Shown here: piece after piece, positions 12,099 through 26,600 of the stretch
Position numbering within the stretch: the first letter of the stretch is position 1
Layout of the letters: each line of letters begins with the position of its first letter
NCBI GenBank assembly: GCA_047967505.1
Contig: CM106538.1
Direction: 5' to 3' (one strand)
DNA length: 64,000 nt
DNA from: Dipteris shenzhenensis
Lineage: Eukaryota
Notes under the pieces: generated by a model
Seen by the model: the letters and a program-made list of their open reading frames with translations, nothing else
The model's database searches: none
Told to the model about the DNA's origin: nothing
Program-made: the position numbers and the translations under genes

Positions 12099-15000
12099 TT
12101 TTTTTTGGGGGTGCAATCTTTGATTGATTATATTATACGAGTAGCAACCTCAAAATAAGGTGCTACAATTACATCAACTGAAAATTTCAGTATATGCCAA
12201 AAAGACCTCATGATCTATGCAACGTGTTTGCAAGCAATCAAAGAAAGATTGCTGCAGAGAATGCCTAAAAAAGGCAAACAGAGAGAAAGTAGGATCACCA
12301 AAGACTTTCCAATTCCTATATGTCCATAAAGTCTATAGTGCCCGGTAGCGAACCCAAACGAAGAAAAGATGAAACTCCGGTTTGGATGGATGAAAGCCAA
12401 ATAGCCAGAAGAACTTCTTAAACGGAACAGATGGGAATCTCGTGGCAGGCGTTGTCGAAGCAGATAAAAAAACTCACGAGAGCACGGACAATGGTTTGGA
12501 TGGATGAAACCCAAATAGGCAGAAGAACTTCCCAAATGGAACAGATGGGAATTTCGCTCGCAGGCGCTGTCGAAGCAGATAAAAAAACTCACGAGAGCAC
12601 GGACAATGCCAAAACAAGTGAGGCAGAGTCTCCGAAGAAGCAGAACATCTGTGGCAAAGTGCAGGAGCAATGTGTCGATGAGCTAATAGCTGTACAGATG
12701 GAAACACTTTCAAAAGAACTCGCCAAAAGAAAACTTGTTGCTGAAGCGGTACTGTATAGGCCCAAAGTTGCTGTAATCTTTTCCTCCACCACTTTGCTGG
12801 GCGATGCATTCGCCAAACAAAATCACCTCTCTCTGAAACCTAAGGTTGAGGCAAAATTATTTTATACAATGCAGGTACAGTAATCTGAGATAGCCTCAAA
12901 GGACGAGAAGAGGACCCTTGAGAAGTCAAAGTCCAATCTTCCAGCCAAAGGAGGAATCGGAACAAAAGGCGAAAGCATAGAAGTAATTTGTCATCACAAA
13001 GGATGATAATGAGAGCCCAATCCATATGTAGTGGCTCCTAGAGAAAAGGGGAGCACAGTACCGACATCATCTATAACATCAGCAACCGAGGTGATGCCTT
13101 TAAACGAGACAAAGTAGGAATGTCGAGGTTCTTGTAAAGCCAAGGGAGGCTGAAAGACTTTCGTCCATTGAATGCTTTCAGCCCTCAAAGAATTCCCAAG
13201 CAAAGATTGCCGTCCATTCCATTTCAGAGGAGAAAGAACATGCTTCCAGTCAAGAAGCAAGCGGGATACAAAAGGGCAGCCAGGCAAAGTGCCATCAATG
13301 TAGCCAAAAAAGAAATCCCATTGATCGAGTTGCCAATGATCAAACGTAGAAATATTGATATGAGTGACCAGAGTCCTAATCATAAGAGCCCAAGGCTGAT
13401 CACCTTGTAGAAATTGCAGCAACATTTTCCCCATGTGGGCAAGAATATGCACATGAATATCTGTGATGTTCAATCCACCATGCATCTTGGGAGAACAAAT
13501 GTGATGCATCGAAAGAAGCTTGAGACTTTTTTTGCCATGTTTGGTTTGCCAGAAGAATTTCATAAAGACAGACATGAAAGATGTAAGATATGCCTTAGTG
13601 AACATGATCAATGGCAAGTAAAATTGAATATATGCCACAAGGATGGACTGCACTATTCGAAGACGAACGTGCAAAGGCGAGGTTGCCAGTTTTAAATACT
13701 CAAGCTTTTTCCGAAGCTTAGCCAAAACCCAATCAGTTTGTTGTCTGCGAGTGAGTTCCCACCCCAAAGGGTAACCAAGATGACGAACAAACTGAGTGGG
13801 TGGAATGATATCCCTGGGCCATAATAGACTATGCCAGTCTTTGGAATGCAAAGGGTGCAGCTTAGACTTCTAAAAATTAACATGAAGACCAGCTGCCAAA
13901 CCATAAACAGAGAGGGCTTGCATCAAGGCACCAAGATCATGGGGCGTATTCTTCGGGGTAAAGAAAGAATCATCAGCATAAGCTTGAGCAACCATGCTGC
14001 GATTAGCATCCAATTCCAAGCCATGAAGTGATCCTGTAGCCACAAGATGATCAATATACTGTAGCATAGGATGAGTAGCAATGGCATATAGTAAAGCACT
14101 GAGAGGGCATCCCTGGCGGACCGAACAACGAAGAGTCCACTCATCAGAGATATCCCCAGAAAGATTGCAAGCCGCATTGCTATCTCTGTAAAGCCAGTAA
14201 ATAACCTGCTGCATTTTTGGTCCAAACCCCAAAGCTTGCATAGTTTGCGAGATGAAATCCCATTGAACTATGTCAAAGGCTTTTGCGCTGCGTGTATTTG
14301 GCATATTCAATCCCAATATAAGCATTGGCAATGTTATCTGTGATATGGCGACGTGGAACAAAGCCATATTGGGAGGGATGCAACCCATCATGCAAATAAC
14401 CTTTAATCCGATCAACCACCATTTTGGCAATGATCTTGTAAATGACTGGCATGAGCGTGATTGGCCTCCAATCACCAAGTGAATCACATAGCTGCTTCTT
14501 TGGAATCAGCTTGAGAAGATCCTTTTTCCATGACATAGGCATCTGCTGATTGATAAGGCGACGTGGAACAAAGCCATATTGGGAGGGATGCAACCCATCA
14601 TGCAAATAACCTTTAATCCGATCAACCACCATTTTGGGAATGATCTTGTAAATGACTGGCATGAGCGTGATTGGCCTCCAATCACCAAGTGAATCACATA
14701 GCTGCTTCTTTGGAATCAGCTTGAGAAGACCCTTTTTCCATGACATAGGCATCTGCTGATTGATAAGGCAACGTGGAACAAAGTCATATTGGGAGGGATG
14801 CAACCCATCATGCAAATAACCTTTAATCCGATCAACCACCATTTTGGGAATGATCTTGTAAATGACTGGCATGAGCGTGATTGGCCTCCAATCACCAAGT
14901 GAATCACATAGCTGCTTCTTTGGAATCAGCTTGAGAAGACGCTTTTTCCATGACACAGGCATCTGCTGATTGATATGGCAACGTGGAACAAAGCCATATT

Positions 15001-17081
15001 GGGAGGGATGCAACCCATCCTGCAAATAACCTTTAATCCGATCAACCACCATTTTGGCAATGATCTTGTAAATGACTGGCATGAGTGTGATTGGCCTCCA
15101 ATCACCAAGTGAATCACATAGCTGCTTCTTTGGAATCAACTTGAGAAGACCCTTTTTGACACAGGCATCTGCTGATTTTGCCATGCTGTATTTACCATTT
15201 GCAGCAAGGTGAATTTAAGAAGATCCCAGAATGCAAAAAAGAATTCAGCAGTGAGACCGTCCCATCTTGGAGATTTCCATCTGCCACAGGATCTCAGTGC
15301 ATCAGACAATTCCTAAGACACACCAGAAAAGGAGTGCTCTCCAGCATAGAAGATATCATAACCAGCAAAATGGCCTCTTTGACTAGCATACATATGCTGA
15401 TTATGCTCTTGCAAAGCAACTATATCAGGCTGCAATTGCCTAATATACATCCATACCAGTTTCCATTTGTGACCATCACACATTCCTTGTACATTGAGAG
15501 TAACACACTTCAGATGATCAAGCATATTTACAGCTATGGGACAGGTATGTACAGCAACTAACGGGCTGTCTATGTCTGCATTTCCACCTCAATGTCCGAG
15601 CCTCTGCCCTGGGATGAAGCATCGACCTGAGGAGAGGACAAAAGTGCAGCAACTTCTTTTTCAAGAAACAAGGTCCGATTTGCATTCACAGCAGCCCAGG
15701 TCAAGCCAACACCAGAGTTTTCAGTAGTTGTTTTCCCATGAGAGGATGCACCACTCCAAGTCCGAGAAGGCAAAGGTCGCCCTGGGGAGATCACTTTGCG
15801 AGGAGTTTGCCATCCATCAGTCAATAAAATTTCCCCCTTCCCCTGAGGTGGAGATGACAAAGGACAGGAAAAGAAGCATTACCATTTGAGACAGCCGGGG
15901 ATTTGCCTTTGTCTTGAACATAGAAAAACTGTATAACCCCTTTGTTTTTGACTAGAGAAGAGACATTTGCATTCCTATTCAAAGGTTGAACCATTTCAGC
16001 TTGCACTGGCATCCGTGGAGCTCGGGAAGGACATTGTGAAGCCATGTACCCAAATTGCTTGCATTCAAAGCAAGCACCTGCAAACAGCCCCCACTTTAGC
16101 TTGTAAAAGGCACTCCCCATGGAAACATTATTCACAATAACCGAATATGAAGTTGGAGTGGGATGATCTGTATCCCACAAAATGCAGAAGCGATTCGAAT
16201 TTCCATTGGGTCGCGGTGGACATACCAACTTACCGAGGGATGCTGCAATTTTAGGTAGAAGAGAAGACAAGCATTGAGAAAAATCCACAACTTCTACCCA
16301 AACAGGGAACGATGCCGAATCAATGCCTGATAATCTCGGGTGGGAGACCAGGGCCGGACATGGACCATCTGTTGGTCATAGAAGAGAGGAGAGTGCTCCA
16401 GCAAAACCTGATGGTGCTTCTCATCACTTCTCATCAACCATGATGATCTCAAAAAGGCCCCTCGTTGGATAATGAATTTTTTTGACATAAGAACCACCTA
16501 GGGTTCAAGTCAACCAATTTCCAACATCTGCTGCAGCAGGCATCCGTCCTGGGAAGAAAATCATAATGGCATGCTTTGCATACTCCTTAACTGGATCAAA
16601 TATATCATCCACTTCCACCATAATGCCAGTGGTGGGAAGTGGATCTTTCCAACCTTTGCGGGTGTCTTTAAACCCTTCATGCATAACCTCATAAACAAGC
16701 TGAGCCTCAGCAGAGTCATGAAGGGAATCATCTCAATCCATCACTTGTTTTTGTTTCTTATTGGAAACTGACTTGTCTTTGTGAAAGGTTTTGTCATAGG
16801 AATAATCCGCCATTCGAGTTAAGGAAAAGGCTTGGAAGCAGCAACGCTTTACAAGGAAGAAAGCACAGCAGGTACAAAATTGTACAGATTTTTCCTTGGT
16901 TGTATGGACAAAATCGTACGGATTTTTGATTGCACGATTTTTTTCCCTGAATTTTTTGACAGTACGGACTGTACTGACAAAATTGTACGGACTGTATGGA
17001 CAAAACTGTACGGACTTTTCCTCTCTCTCTCTCTCTCTCTCACCCACACACCCACACACCCACCCACCCACCCACGGGGCC

Positions 17082-17129
<48 letters not shown>

Positions 17130-18378
17130 CGGGAGGCCTCGTGGGCCTATGGGACAGAGCATGGAATCAAGTAACTCATACAGATACAGACCACTATGGG
17201 TTGGGGCAAAGGGCTCACTAAGGCCCTTGGTGAGTACTAAAATGCTATGCTAGTACAAAACTAGTACAAAATAGCAAAAAAAGTAGCAAAATAGCATGAG
17301 AGTGGCATGAAGATATCAAGTGCTCAAAGCTAGAGTCCCAAGTGTATGAAACGGCTCCACGGATCCAGGCTCCATGATGGCATTTCTGATGAGATGCAAA
17401 GAGCTCACGTATCTGCATCTGTCAGGATGTCTGCTGTGGTGGTGGACGTGGTCTCCTCGATCTCTGGATCCAATGAGCTATGTCAAGGGTGATGCCTTGC
17501 CTCGGTCGATCTCCCCTAAGGAGAGCTGAAATAGGTCGAACCTCGATCATGTGTGCTCTAGTCGCCTGTCGCGCTATGTACGAACTCTGTGACCCTCGTC
17601 TGGCAATGTTGTGTCGGTCCCTTCACTAATCCATATATCTCTCATATCGGCTAGCTTCTCCGGGTCATGGGATTGAGTCAAATGCATAGAAATCCGTGAC
17701 CTGTCTTTGTGCTTGGTCTACCTCGGTATCTTGTGGTGCGGTTGGTCCCATCCTCCTGCTCTCTGATATGTCGTAGTAGTATCTCCCTGTGTCGTCGCAT
17801 CTCCATTAGGTAGAGCCCAATGTAGACCTGGTCTCGAAAGTGGATTAGTCGTGACTATGGGCCAAAGCCGTACCCCTTTTGAAAAAGGCAGTGGTAGCGC
17901 CCTTGGATCTCATACTAGGCTAGGAAAACACATAGAAAGTGCTCCTTTGTCTCGACCGCCCCCATCGTGCACAACCTGCAAGTTTGCTGCTCTTTGGGTA
18001 TGCGTGCAACTCTCCCTATCTCGATCCTCAGCTGATGGGACGAGACCCGCATCTCTCCGATGGCAATCCTCAGTGTGTGTGAGACTCCTCTGTCCTCGAG
18101 ATACTGAGGTCTGATCCCATCTTCCGATACTCCCAGAAAGTGGTCATAGTAGAGTTGGGTCTTGGTGGGGAACTCCTGGTCCCCCCCCAAGTGCGAGATG
18201 TGTGGAGCTGGAGGAGATCTAACCGTATGATGCGGTTAATCTCATCTTGTGGGATTGACTCGGGCGGTGCATCCATGCTATACTGAAACGGGGGAAGCCA
18301 ATCCATCTGAATGCCGTGATTGGCAAACCATGCGGTGACCTGCCCAACTCACAGAGAGAGAGAGAGAGAAAGAGAGCG

Positions 18379-18441
<63 letters not shown>

Positions 18442-18504
18442 GGTGGGAGGGAGAAAGTTTATTAAAGTCTTCGAAAGACCGATGGGTCTATGAGATTGTG
18501 AAAC

Positions 18505-18544
<40 letters not shown>

Positions 18545-18824
18545 AGAAAGAAAGTGTATTATTGTCCACTAAAGGCCAAAATGGGCCCATGGGACATCAA
18601 GAACTCTGCATACAAGATAGCACAAAATCAACGTGCCACAAAGAAGAGGCATCGTCGAATATCATCTAAGTGCTACGCAATACAATGCAAGTAGAAGTAC
18701 ATAGTGTCAAATCTGAGTCTAAATACAAAGTAAACTAGATGCAAGGAAACCGCCCTTGGGTGCAAAATGGGGGGATGAGTACAATATGCCAATGCAAAGA
18801 TACAAGTCCAGGTGTCACGGAGTC

Positions 18825-18857
<33 letters not shown>

Positions 18858-20573
18858 TTACAAACATCTACGAAAGACCAAAGGATCTATGGGATTGAAA
18901 AGAAACTAGATACAATGAAATCTAAGGGTGGGGCCCCTAAATTATGACGAGTAAGAATAGTACATTGAAAGCCTAAAGGGTCTTACAAATCCATATACAT
19001 TGATCTGAATGGGTGGAGCCACTAAGTGGACATCTGCACCCAAGACAATTACAAATACAATTACTAGATTTCTTGAGAAAGATAGATTTGCAATGTGGTA
19101 TCATTGTGACGCTTCTTTATACGCTATTTTAGAAACCAGGTCCATTGGGTGCGTGAGAATGATAGGAAGGTCTCAGTGGATAGGGCAGTGAGTGCTGGTG
19201 TCGATCAACCTATGTTGTCGCCTTTCAGTAGCTCTCCATCGGACAAGAGCCATTGTCACCCTCGTCAGTTGTATCCTTGGTCTGACAATGATAGAGGTAA
19301 GATACGTAAGCCTTGTTTGTGTGCCAACATGTTGGAGGGTTTGTCTATGGGTCTTGATTGCATCCAATTCCACAGCTCTCCTTGGGGGTTGCTGGTTCAT
19401 GCTATCTGATTGAAAAAAATCAGTGATCACCTTCTTAGTGGAGTTTAGCTGGGTCTTCTGATCTTTACTTTGTGTCTTGAGTAGTTGAGGCTTGAGAGGG
19501 GGGTGAGAGCGTCTCTAAAAAGACAGTGGTGGCGGCTTCGAATCTCATAGTACATAGGACATTTGAAAGCAAAGTGCTCCTCTCAGTCAATCTTCCTAGA
19601 GATCTCATAGAGTGCAGATGTGGCCCTCTCTATTGATGCCCTCATCCCGTCCAGTCTCAATAGATAATTGGTGGGAAGAAACACAGATTTGCTTGATCAA
19701 GATCCTTAGTGAGTGGGGGAGCTGGATCTGGGTGTAGCCTAAGCTCTTTGCTGATATTTGTAGGCAGTGATGTCTGTAGAGGCTAAGCTTCATAGAAAGC
19801 TCGCTACGTAATAAAAAGAACGTGAAGCCTCTCCACCTGTGCCCAATATACCTTTGATAGATCAGTGATGCTATGCATATCGGTTGGATGGACCAAAGTT
19901 TCACAGAAAGAAGACTTGGTTCGGGGATCCTGGAGTACACGTGCCTTCTCCGCAAGGAGGGCCACATTAGAAGATTCTAAGCTATCGAGTTTTTCAATCA
20001 ATGCAAGGCATATCTTTTGGAGGCTGGTGAGGAAATTGGATGTAGTGTTTGGAGTGGTCCCTGCTGTGTAAGCTGTCATGGCATTTTCAAATGCTTGTTT
20101 ACCCCAAATGTCCTCTACACATGCTCGTGTAGGCATTGTGCAAAGTCAATATGTGTTCCTGTTTGTTTGCTGAACTGTAAAATGCAGAAATAGAGAGAAT
20201 CCTCACATATTTACTGCCCTGGGTGGTCTTCAAGCAAGCTCAAGTTGGTTCAAGGTGCAAGGGGCTGGACTCCAGGTGCAAGGGGGGGGGGCTGATGGCA
20301 GCCACTCCTGGAAATGAGGCGCAGCCAGTCCGGTGGGGGCTTGGAAGCCCGTGTGGCCTGGTGCAGGTCTACCATATCAGGAGCAGCAGCCCATACGGGG
20401 GCTATGGAGAAGCCCACAAGACTGAGGTGCCACACAGCACCAGCGACAGCCCACACGGGGGCTAGGAGCAGCAGCCCATGGGGGCCTGAGTGCAGCACAT
20501 ACCCATGCGGGGTGTCTAGGGGGGCAGTGCGACGCGACAGCAGCCCACAGGGGGCTGAGGGCAGTGCACGGGG

Positions 20574-20623
<50 letters not shown>

Positions 20624-23600
20624 ACGCTTCCTTTATGGGTTGTGTTTTTTGAACCTACAGAAGCAACATGATGATTTGGAGGCAAAGTTTTTTGAGGAAA
20701 GAGCAGCCTTGGAGGCAAAATATCAGAAGCTGTACGAACCATTTTACAACAAGGTCTTTATAATTTGTTCTCTTCTCCTTTTTCTTAGTGTTTTTAACTT
20801 TTTTTAAACTGTGGGTTAGAAGGTGTGCTTTTATGGCTTAGGTGTGTTCTGAGTAATTGATCTCCCGTTTAATATAAATTTGAATGAGATGAATAATATA
20901 TAGGGTTACTGAAGCAATTACCTATATCATGCTGTAAGTCTATCAACTGTTGCATCAATTGATTTAGCTGCTGTTTTTTTCGTGGTGTCACCTTGCCCTG
21001 CTCTTTTTATCGTCTGTATGCATGTAAGGATTTCATTTAAACACTTTTATGTTATGACTTAACAGTCTGAATTCAGATACCGTGCTTTTTTCTGGCTAAA
21101 TAAGCGCTAACAAAAACAGTTTAACAGTTTCAAGCAGCTACTTCGTGGGCTGCAATTGAGCCCATTCGTTTAGGTGAGGTTACTGTCTAGTACATGTATT
21201 GATTTTTAAGAATGTTCTTTCCTTTGCAAACATGGATGCATATGATGATTTATTTTGTTCTATTTTTGTTGAATATAAAGTCTGTATTTGATGGGTGTAA
21301 ATTTTCTTTTTCTTACACTCATAGAATTTCTTTTTCTTCTGTAAATCTGGTGGCTTTTTCTTGTTTTATCAGATTGGCACAAAAATCATGTTCAATGTTG
21401 AATTGCATGTTCCCAAAAAGCAAGCTAAGGGGAAGACCTAATGGCAGTTTAAGTTCATATAAACAAAGGGCTAATTTATGATAGGAGGGGAGCGCTGGTG
21501 CTTCATCTGCAGAATTTCTTCCAGTATGTGGGAAATAGGAGTGCCTGCATCACCTAACTATTTTGCACTCTTCATTGTCCTGGTTATGCTTGGGAGCAAT
21601 CGAACATGTTTTTTCCATGGTTGACTTTTTATCTCATCTTGCTTAAAGACACAAGCATGGCGAACTGCTTTTTTCAACGAGTTGTGTGTCATAAAGATGG
21701 TTTGGAAGATGAGTTGCCACCTTAGATTCCATCAAATAAAGTGAATGCTGCTTTTGTCTAGGACTTGATGCGGATCTATTTTATAAAAATGTTTGCACAC
21801 ATGTCCTTGGAGTTGTAGACTGTAGCTGGATTGGCCTGGCTATGGACTGTTTGAATGAATCCATTTACTAGTGAAAAGCTTAAATTATGGTAAAATTGAA
21901 AGTGGACTAGTTGTAATTTCAGTGATTTTGTACATGTGGTAATGCAGCGCCATGATATTGTGAATGGCATTGTTGATCCTGAAGCTACAACAACAGATGG
22001 AACTCCAGAAACAAATGCAGTTGGGGAAGAGAACAACACAGGTCCTTGTTTTAAGCCTTTGGGTCTTGTAATGTCCATGCAACTATGTATAAAGGAAACT
22101 AATTGATGGACCAAATTAATACAGAGAAAATCCCCTTTTCTTGTTGGATTGGAATGCAGTCTTTACTAGTGATTCAACAAAACACAGTGATAGCATCTGT
22201 GAAATGCCTTTCAACTACCTATTGATCCTTTGTGTTTACGATACTAAACAGAGAAAGGAATCCCAGAGTTCTGGCTCATAGCCTTGCAAACAAACGATGT
22301 TGTAGGAGAAGAGGTATGATCAGATGTTAATGGCAATCTAATCTGATAGTTGTCTTCAAATTTTGGTCCTATTCTTTTGACAGAGCGAAGTTATGATGCA
22401 ACATTTTTAATAATAAAAAAGACATGCCTGTGCAGATAACCAAACGTGATGAAGGAGCCTTGAAGTACTTGAAAGACATTAAAAGTTTTAACTTGGAAGG
22501 CTCAAAAGGATTCAAACTTGAATTCTATTTTGCTGAAAATCCATTTTTCAAAAACTCAGTGGTACAGTATTTTGAATTTTGTGATACCTTCTAAGTGTTG
22601 CGTCAGTTCCTTAAGAGGGAATAGAACTTGACAGCATGGTATATGTTGCTGCAGCTCACAAAGACTTATCACATGGTTGAGGATGATGAACCAATCTTAG
22701 AGCGTGCTACAGGGTAGGTTTTCTCTGAGTACCCTCCAACAGGGGCACATATTCTTAATCAGTGATGGCTATAAGGTTTGCTTACTGATTCGTGGTCTCT
22801 CTTCACAGGACACAGATTGACTGGTATCCTGGGAAAAATTTAACACAGAAAGTTCTGCAGAAAAAACCTAAGAAGGGTGCCAAGAATGCAAAACCTGTGA
22901 CTAAGACGGAAGAATGTGAAAGCTTTTTCAACTTTTTCGATCCACCAAAAGTCCCAGAGGATGATGAGGATTTGGACCAAGATGCTGTAAGCTTATTTTG
23001 AAGTTTTAGCACAGACTTGCTTGTCTTTTCACACTAGAGGATTGCTGTCTCTATCACCATAACATTTCGAGTCATTGAATAAGATATGGATTCTATTTTG
23101 GGTTTGAGCTGGACCTTGTTTTTTTTCCCCTAGAGAAAAGGACTTCCTGTTAAACCAACATACAAGTCTGTCAACTGTGAGTTGCTGTTGGTGAAAGAAA
23201 CAAATCTGTGAACTGTGAGTTGCTGATCGTGCAAGAAATACAAATCACTCAACCGTGAACTGCTGATCGTGAAAGAAAGAACTGGTTGTCAGCAATCCTG
23301 TTTATAGAGAACCCAGCTCACTGCCTACAGAATGTCTGAAACTGTGACTAGCAACCAGGGTGGAGGGATATACATCTAGTGAATGCCTCGCTTCGTAAGT
23401 ACATAGAAGACCCTGCAAGCCAAGCCTTGCAAAAACGTGCCTGCCTCTCAGTGATCTTGACATCCCATGCTCCTAGATGGTGTCCTGATGGGTGGCCCGG
23501 GGAACCTGGTGGCCTCTGTGACGAAACTATAGTGGGCAAATCAAATGTTCCAAGCAACTGTCTCCAATAAACTATCCTTTGACAATGGCATAAGGCGCTG

Positions 23601-26600
23601 TTGAGAAGGTGGTGTCGCGTCCTATGCCTTTATCTTGAAAACCCATCTTCCCTAGATCCTATAAGTTGGAAGGGCTGGATCAATAGAGAAGGCATGATCC
23701 CCCTTTGACAACCAAACAACCATCCACCAGCTGCATCCTCTGTGTCGTGACAACAATCCGGAGGGCTCCCATCAAATCCTTTGTACTGCGGGCCAGCCCC
23801 AACGATAGTGTGTGATCATCTCCAAATCTCTATCTGCTCAGCGGTTTTATCTACTATCTATGCGCATCTCCTCTAGCCATGGACCAATAGGTAGACCTCC
23901 ATGCGCCACCGTCTAGAAGTGTAGAATCTTACGCAGCTTGTGATTGGTCCATAAGCATGATTAAAACTAGGGAGTTCAAAATGTACCCTTCAATTGTAGA
24001 CGTCGACCAATGCAGGTGCTCTACTCATGATGGCCAATTCCACTGCACTTCTCGAAGAGGCCGGCCATCCCATAATCAAAGATGCCATCACACCCCCTCC
24101 TATCTCGTCGAGACTAGGACTAAGTTGATGGTCTAGTCCTTGCCCAAAAGGCCCATTTCCTTGATCCTCTGCTAGCATAGCTAAGGCCCCATTAGTCTTT
24201 GGGTCTCCCGCTGTCTTGGGCTGAATAAGGCCTCTAGGCCTCACTCTATACTGTGTGGAGTAGTAGAATCCAAGGGATCTATGCAAAAACAAGATCTTGA
24301 GGGGCACCCTGGTCCCATAAATTGCTCATACTTTACCAAGGGTGGGGGCCGAGGCTTTGTGCAACCCTCTAGGATCGCAGAGTTGATCTCCAACATCCAA
24401 ATACATGCCTCTATTAGGCGTCCTTTGCCCTAGCATGAGACCCTCCTAATCTCTAACCTTTAGATGCCACAGGGGGGGTTGACGCTCAAACTCCTTGTGG
24501 CATTATGGGCTGACCCGAATAAGATCCCTGGAAAAACACTGTGAGACTCTATGAAGGCTTTGTTCACCATCTGCCAGGCGACCTTGGCTCTAGTGTTGCT
24601 TGTGCCAATTGATCTTACCCATAGGAAATTACGTATTAAGCACCTGAGCTAGTGCATGCAACCTCTGTTGGGACACACCAGCATGAGGCTATATACCAAG
24701 CTGTAGCCAAGAGTATCTGGCTAGGCATGAGCGCTTTGCTTGCATGAGAGTTTGGACGAGCTCTAATATAAGAGCTTGCACCTCACACTCTTGAGCACGG
24801 GTGCAATCCACTCCTTTGCTGAAATGTCAATGCTACCTGGTAGCTTAAGTATCTCATTGATTGCCCCATGGAATCCAGTGAGAGTTGAGGCTCTAATACA
24901 AGAGCTTGTGCCGCACATTCTTGAGCACGAGTGTCTTTGGCTCCTTTGCTAAATGTGAGGCATGTTGCCTAAGAACGCAAAAAGTAGCCCAAAGCCTCTG
25001 CCACATAAAAAAAGAGAGGAAGGGAGCAAGGGGGCAGCTCTAATGTACATGGATGGGACCCCCCAAATCCATTTGTGTGAAAAACATTGTAATCTCTACG
25101 AAAGACCACTCCACCTGTCATACACTCTCTTAAAATCCAAGAGAAGTAATGCGATAGGCTGGGACTCCCCGTGAGCCCAATCCATTGTCTCCCAAAAGGT
25201 GAAGATGTTGTCCAGGATACTCCTTTCTTGAACCAAAACTATGTGCGTGTCGTGGATGATATTAGTAAGGTGGGGTCGCAATTGCAAGCTCAAGAGCTCG
25301 GCCAAGATCTTGTAAGTGGTGTCCATCAGTGTAACCAGTATCCACTGCCAACTGTCAAACCTATCTCCCCCCCTCGGGATCAATCAAATCCACCCTCAAC
25401 TCAGTGACTAGGGGAGCGAGCTAGAGTCGAAAATCTCCTGAAAAGCTAGACGAAGGGGGGGTGTGAATGAACTCCCAAAAGCACCTTAATAAGGAGTGTC
25501 TATCCACCCTCCGTTGGGTACTTCTGTCCTCATTAGTGAATGGGGGGTCCACATGAGCAGCGGGAAGACCATTGCGGGATATAAGCCTAGACTTCCTCCC
25601 AGGTTGCAGGGACCTAGGGGAGACCAGTCCTTCAAGTGAAACAATTGTCGTAGGATCTCCTGTGGGTTTGAATGCGTCTGAGCGTTAGCATCTTGTAGCC
25701 ATTAGAGTTGCGTCCCTGTTGAGCGAGGGCTGCCTAGTCATCTTGTCTCCCTGTTGAACACATCATGCCTTGGAGGATTGATAGGAGAACTCGGCTCGAT
25801 GAATCTGCATGGTCTGAAGGTCTAATTGAGCCCTCTCATAGAGGGCTGCAAGCCATTGAGGGACTGGGTCCTACTTTCTAATCCTCTCTATGGAAGCCAA
25901 GTCCCATCTTAGTGCTCTCTCACACCCTTGGAAAGAGTGATGACGATGAAGAGCTTGGGCCTATAGCTCCTCTGCTCCTTTGAATCGCTTTTGTTTTCAA
26001 GGCAGCCCAATCATCCATGGGGAGCTCTTTGGCTGCTGCCAAATTGTTGTCATACCTCCTTTTGAAGCAAAGCATTCAAGATACAGACGCCTTTCTGTGG
26101 GAGCCTGCGACGCCCCTGGGGCTGCTTTGAGTGAAGCACCATCATGGAGTGATTTGACATCATCATTGTTGCCAAGATACCCGTGGCTCCCCACTTTGTG
26201 CATCGCCTAGTACTACATAGAATCTATCCAGTCACTCTAGCAAACCATCATGCTGCCGATGACGGAAAGAGAAACAGAAAGAGAAACGAAGATTGTCGAG
26301 AAGGTTGCAAAGGTGAATTGCACCCAAGTTATTTGCTTGGTCCAGAAGGAGGCAGTGCCATGCTTGTTCTTCTCAAACTCTAGATTAGTGAAGTCATGTC
26401 CAAAAATCTAAGAGTTGGCATCTGTGAGGCTCTTTGTAAGCTATCTATGGAAAGAAGGGTGATGCTGTTTGCAAGCAACGATGTAACGTTCATGATCACA
26501 ATCTTTGAGTCACCCTTCTGTGAGTCTATCCACATTGCGGTCCTTAATATCTCACCTTCGTTGAACACGCTCAAGGTCAGTGATTGGGATAATAAAATGC

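Larger units (their letters stand above)
12099..17019 (-). mobile_element. L1-clade LINE, near full length, internally deleted, flanked by CA/CT microsatellites
   Basis: ORF1 with [14 protein letters not shown] knuckle (15821-16497), endonuclease start [11 protein letters not shown] (15313-15525), RT (WRPITL, KAFD, RQGCPLS, YADD; 13870-15184), C-terminal CHRC...[11 protein letters not shown] zinc finger, T-run (poly-A) at 12099-12106. Confidence 0.9.

Noticed and set aside
14341-15177. Regular repeats as a possible CRISPR array or repeat-protein gene
   Set aside because: Units are contiguous with no unique spacers and are LINE RT sequence in a eukaryotic context
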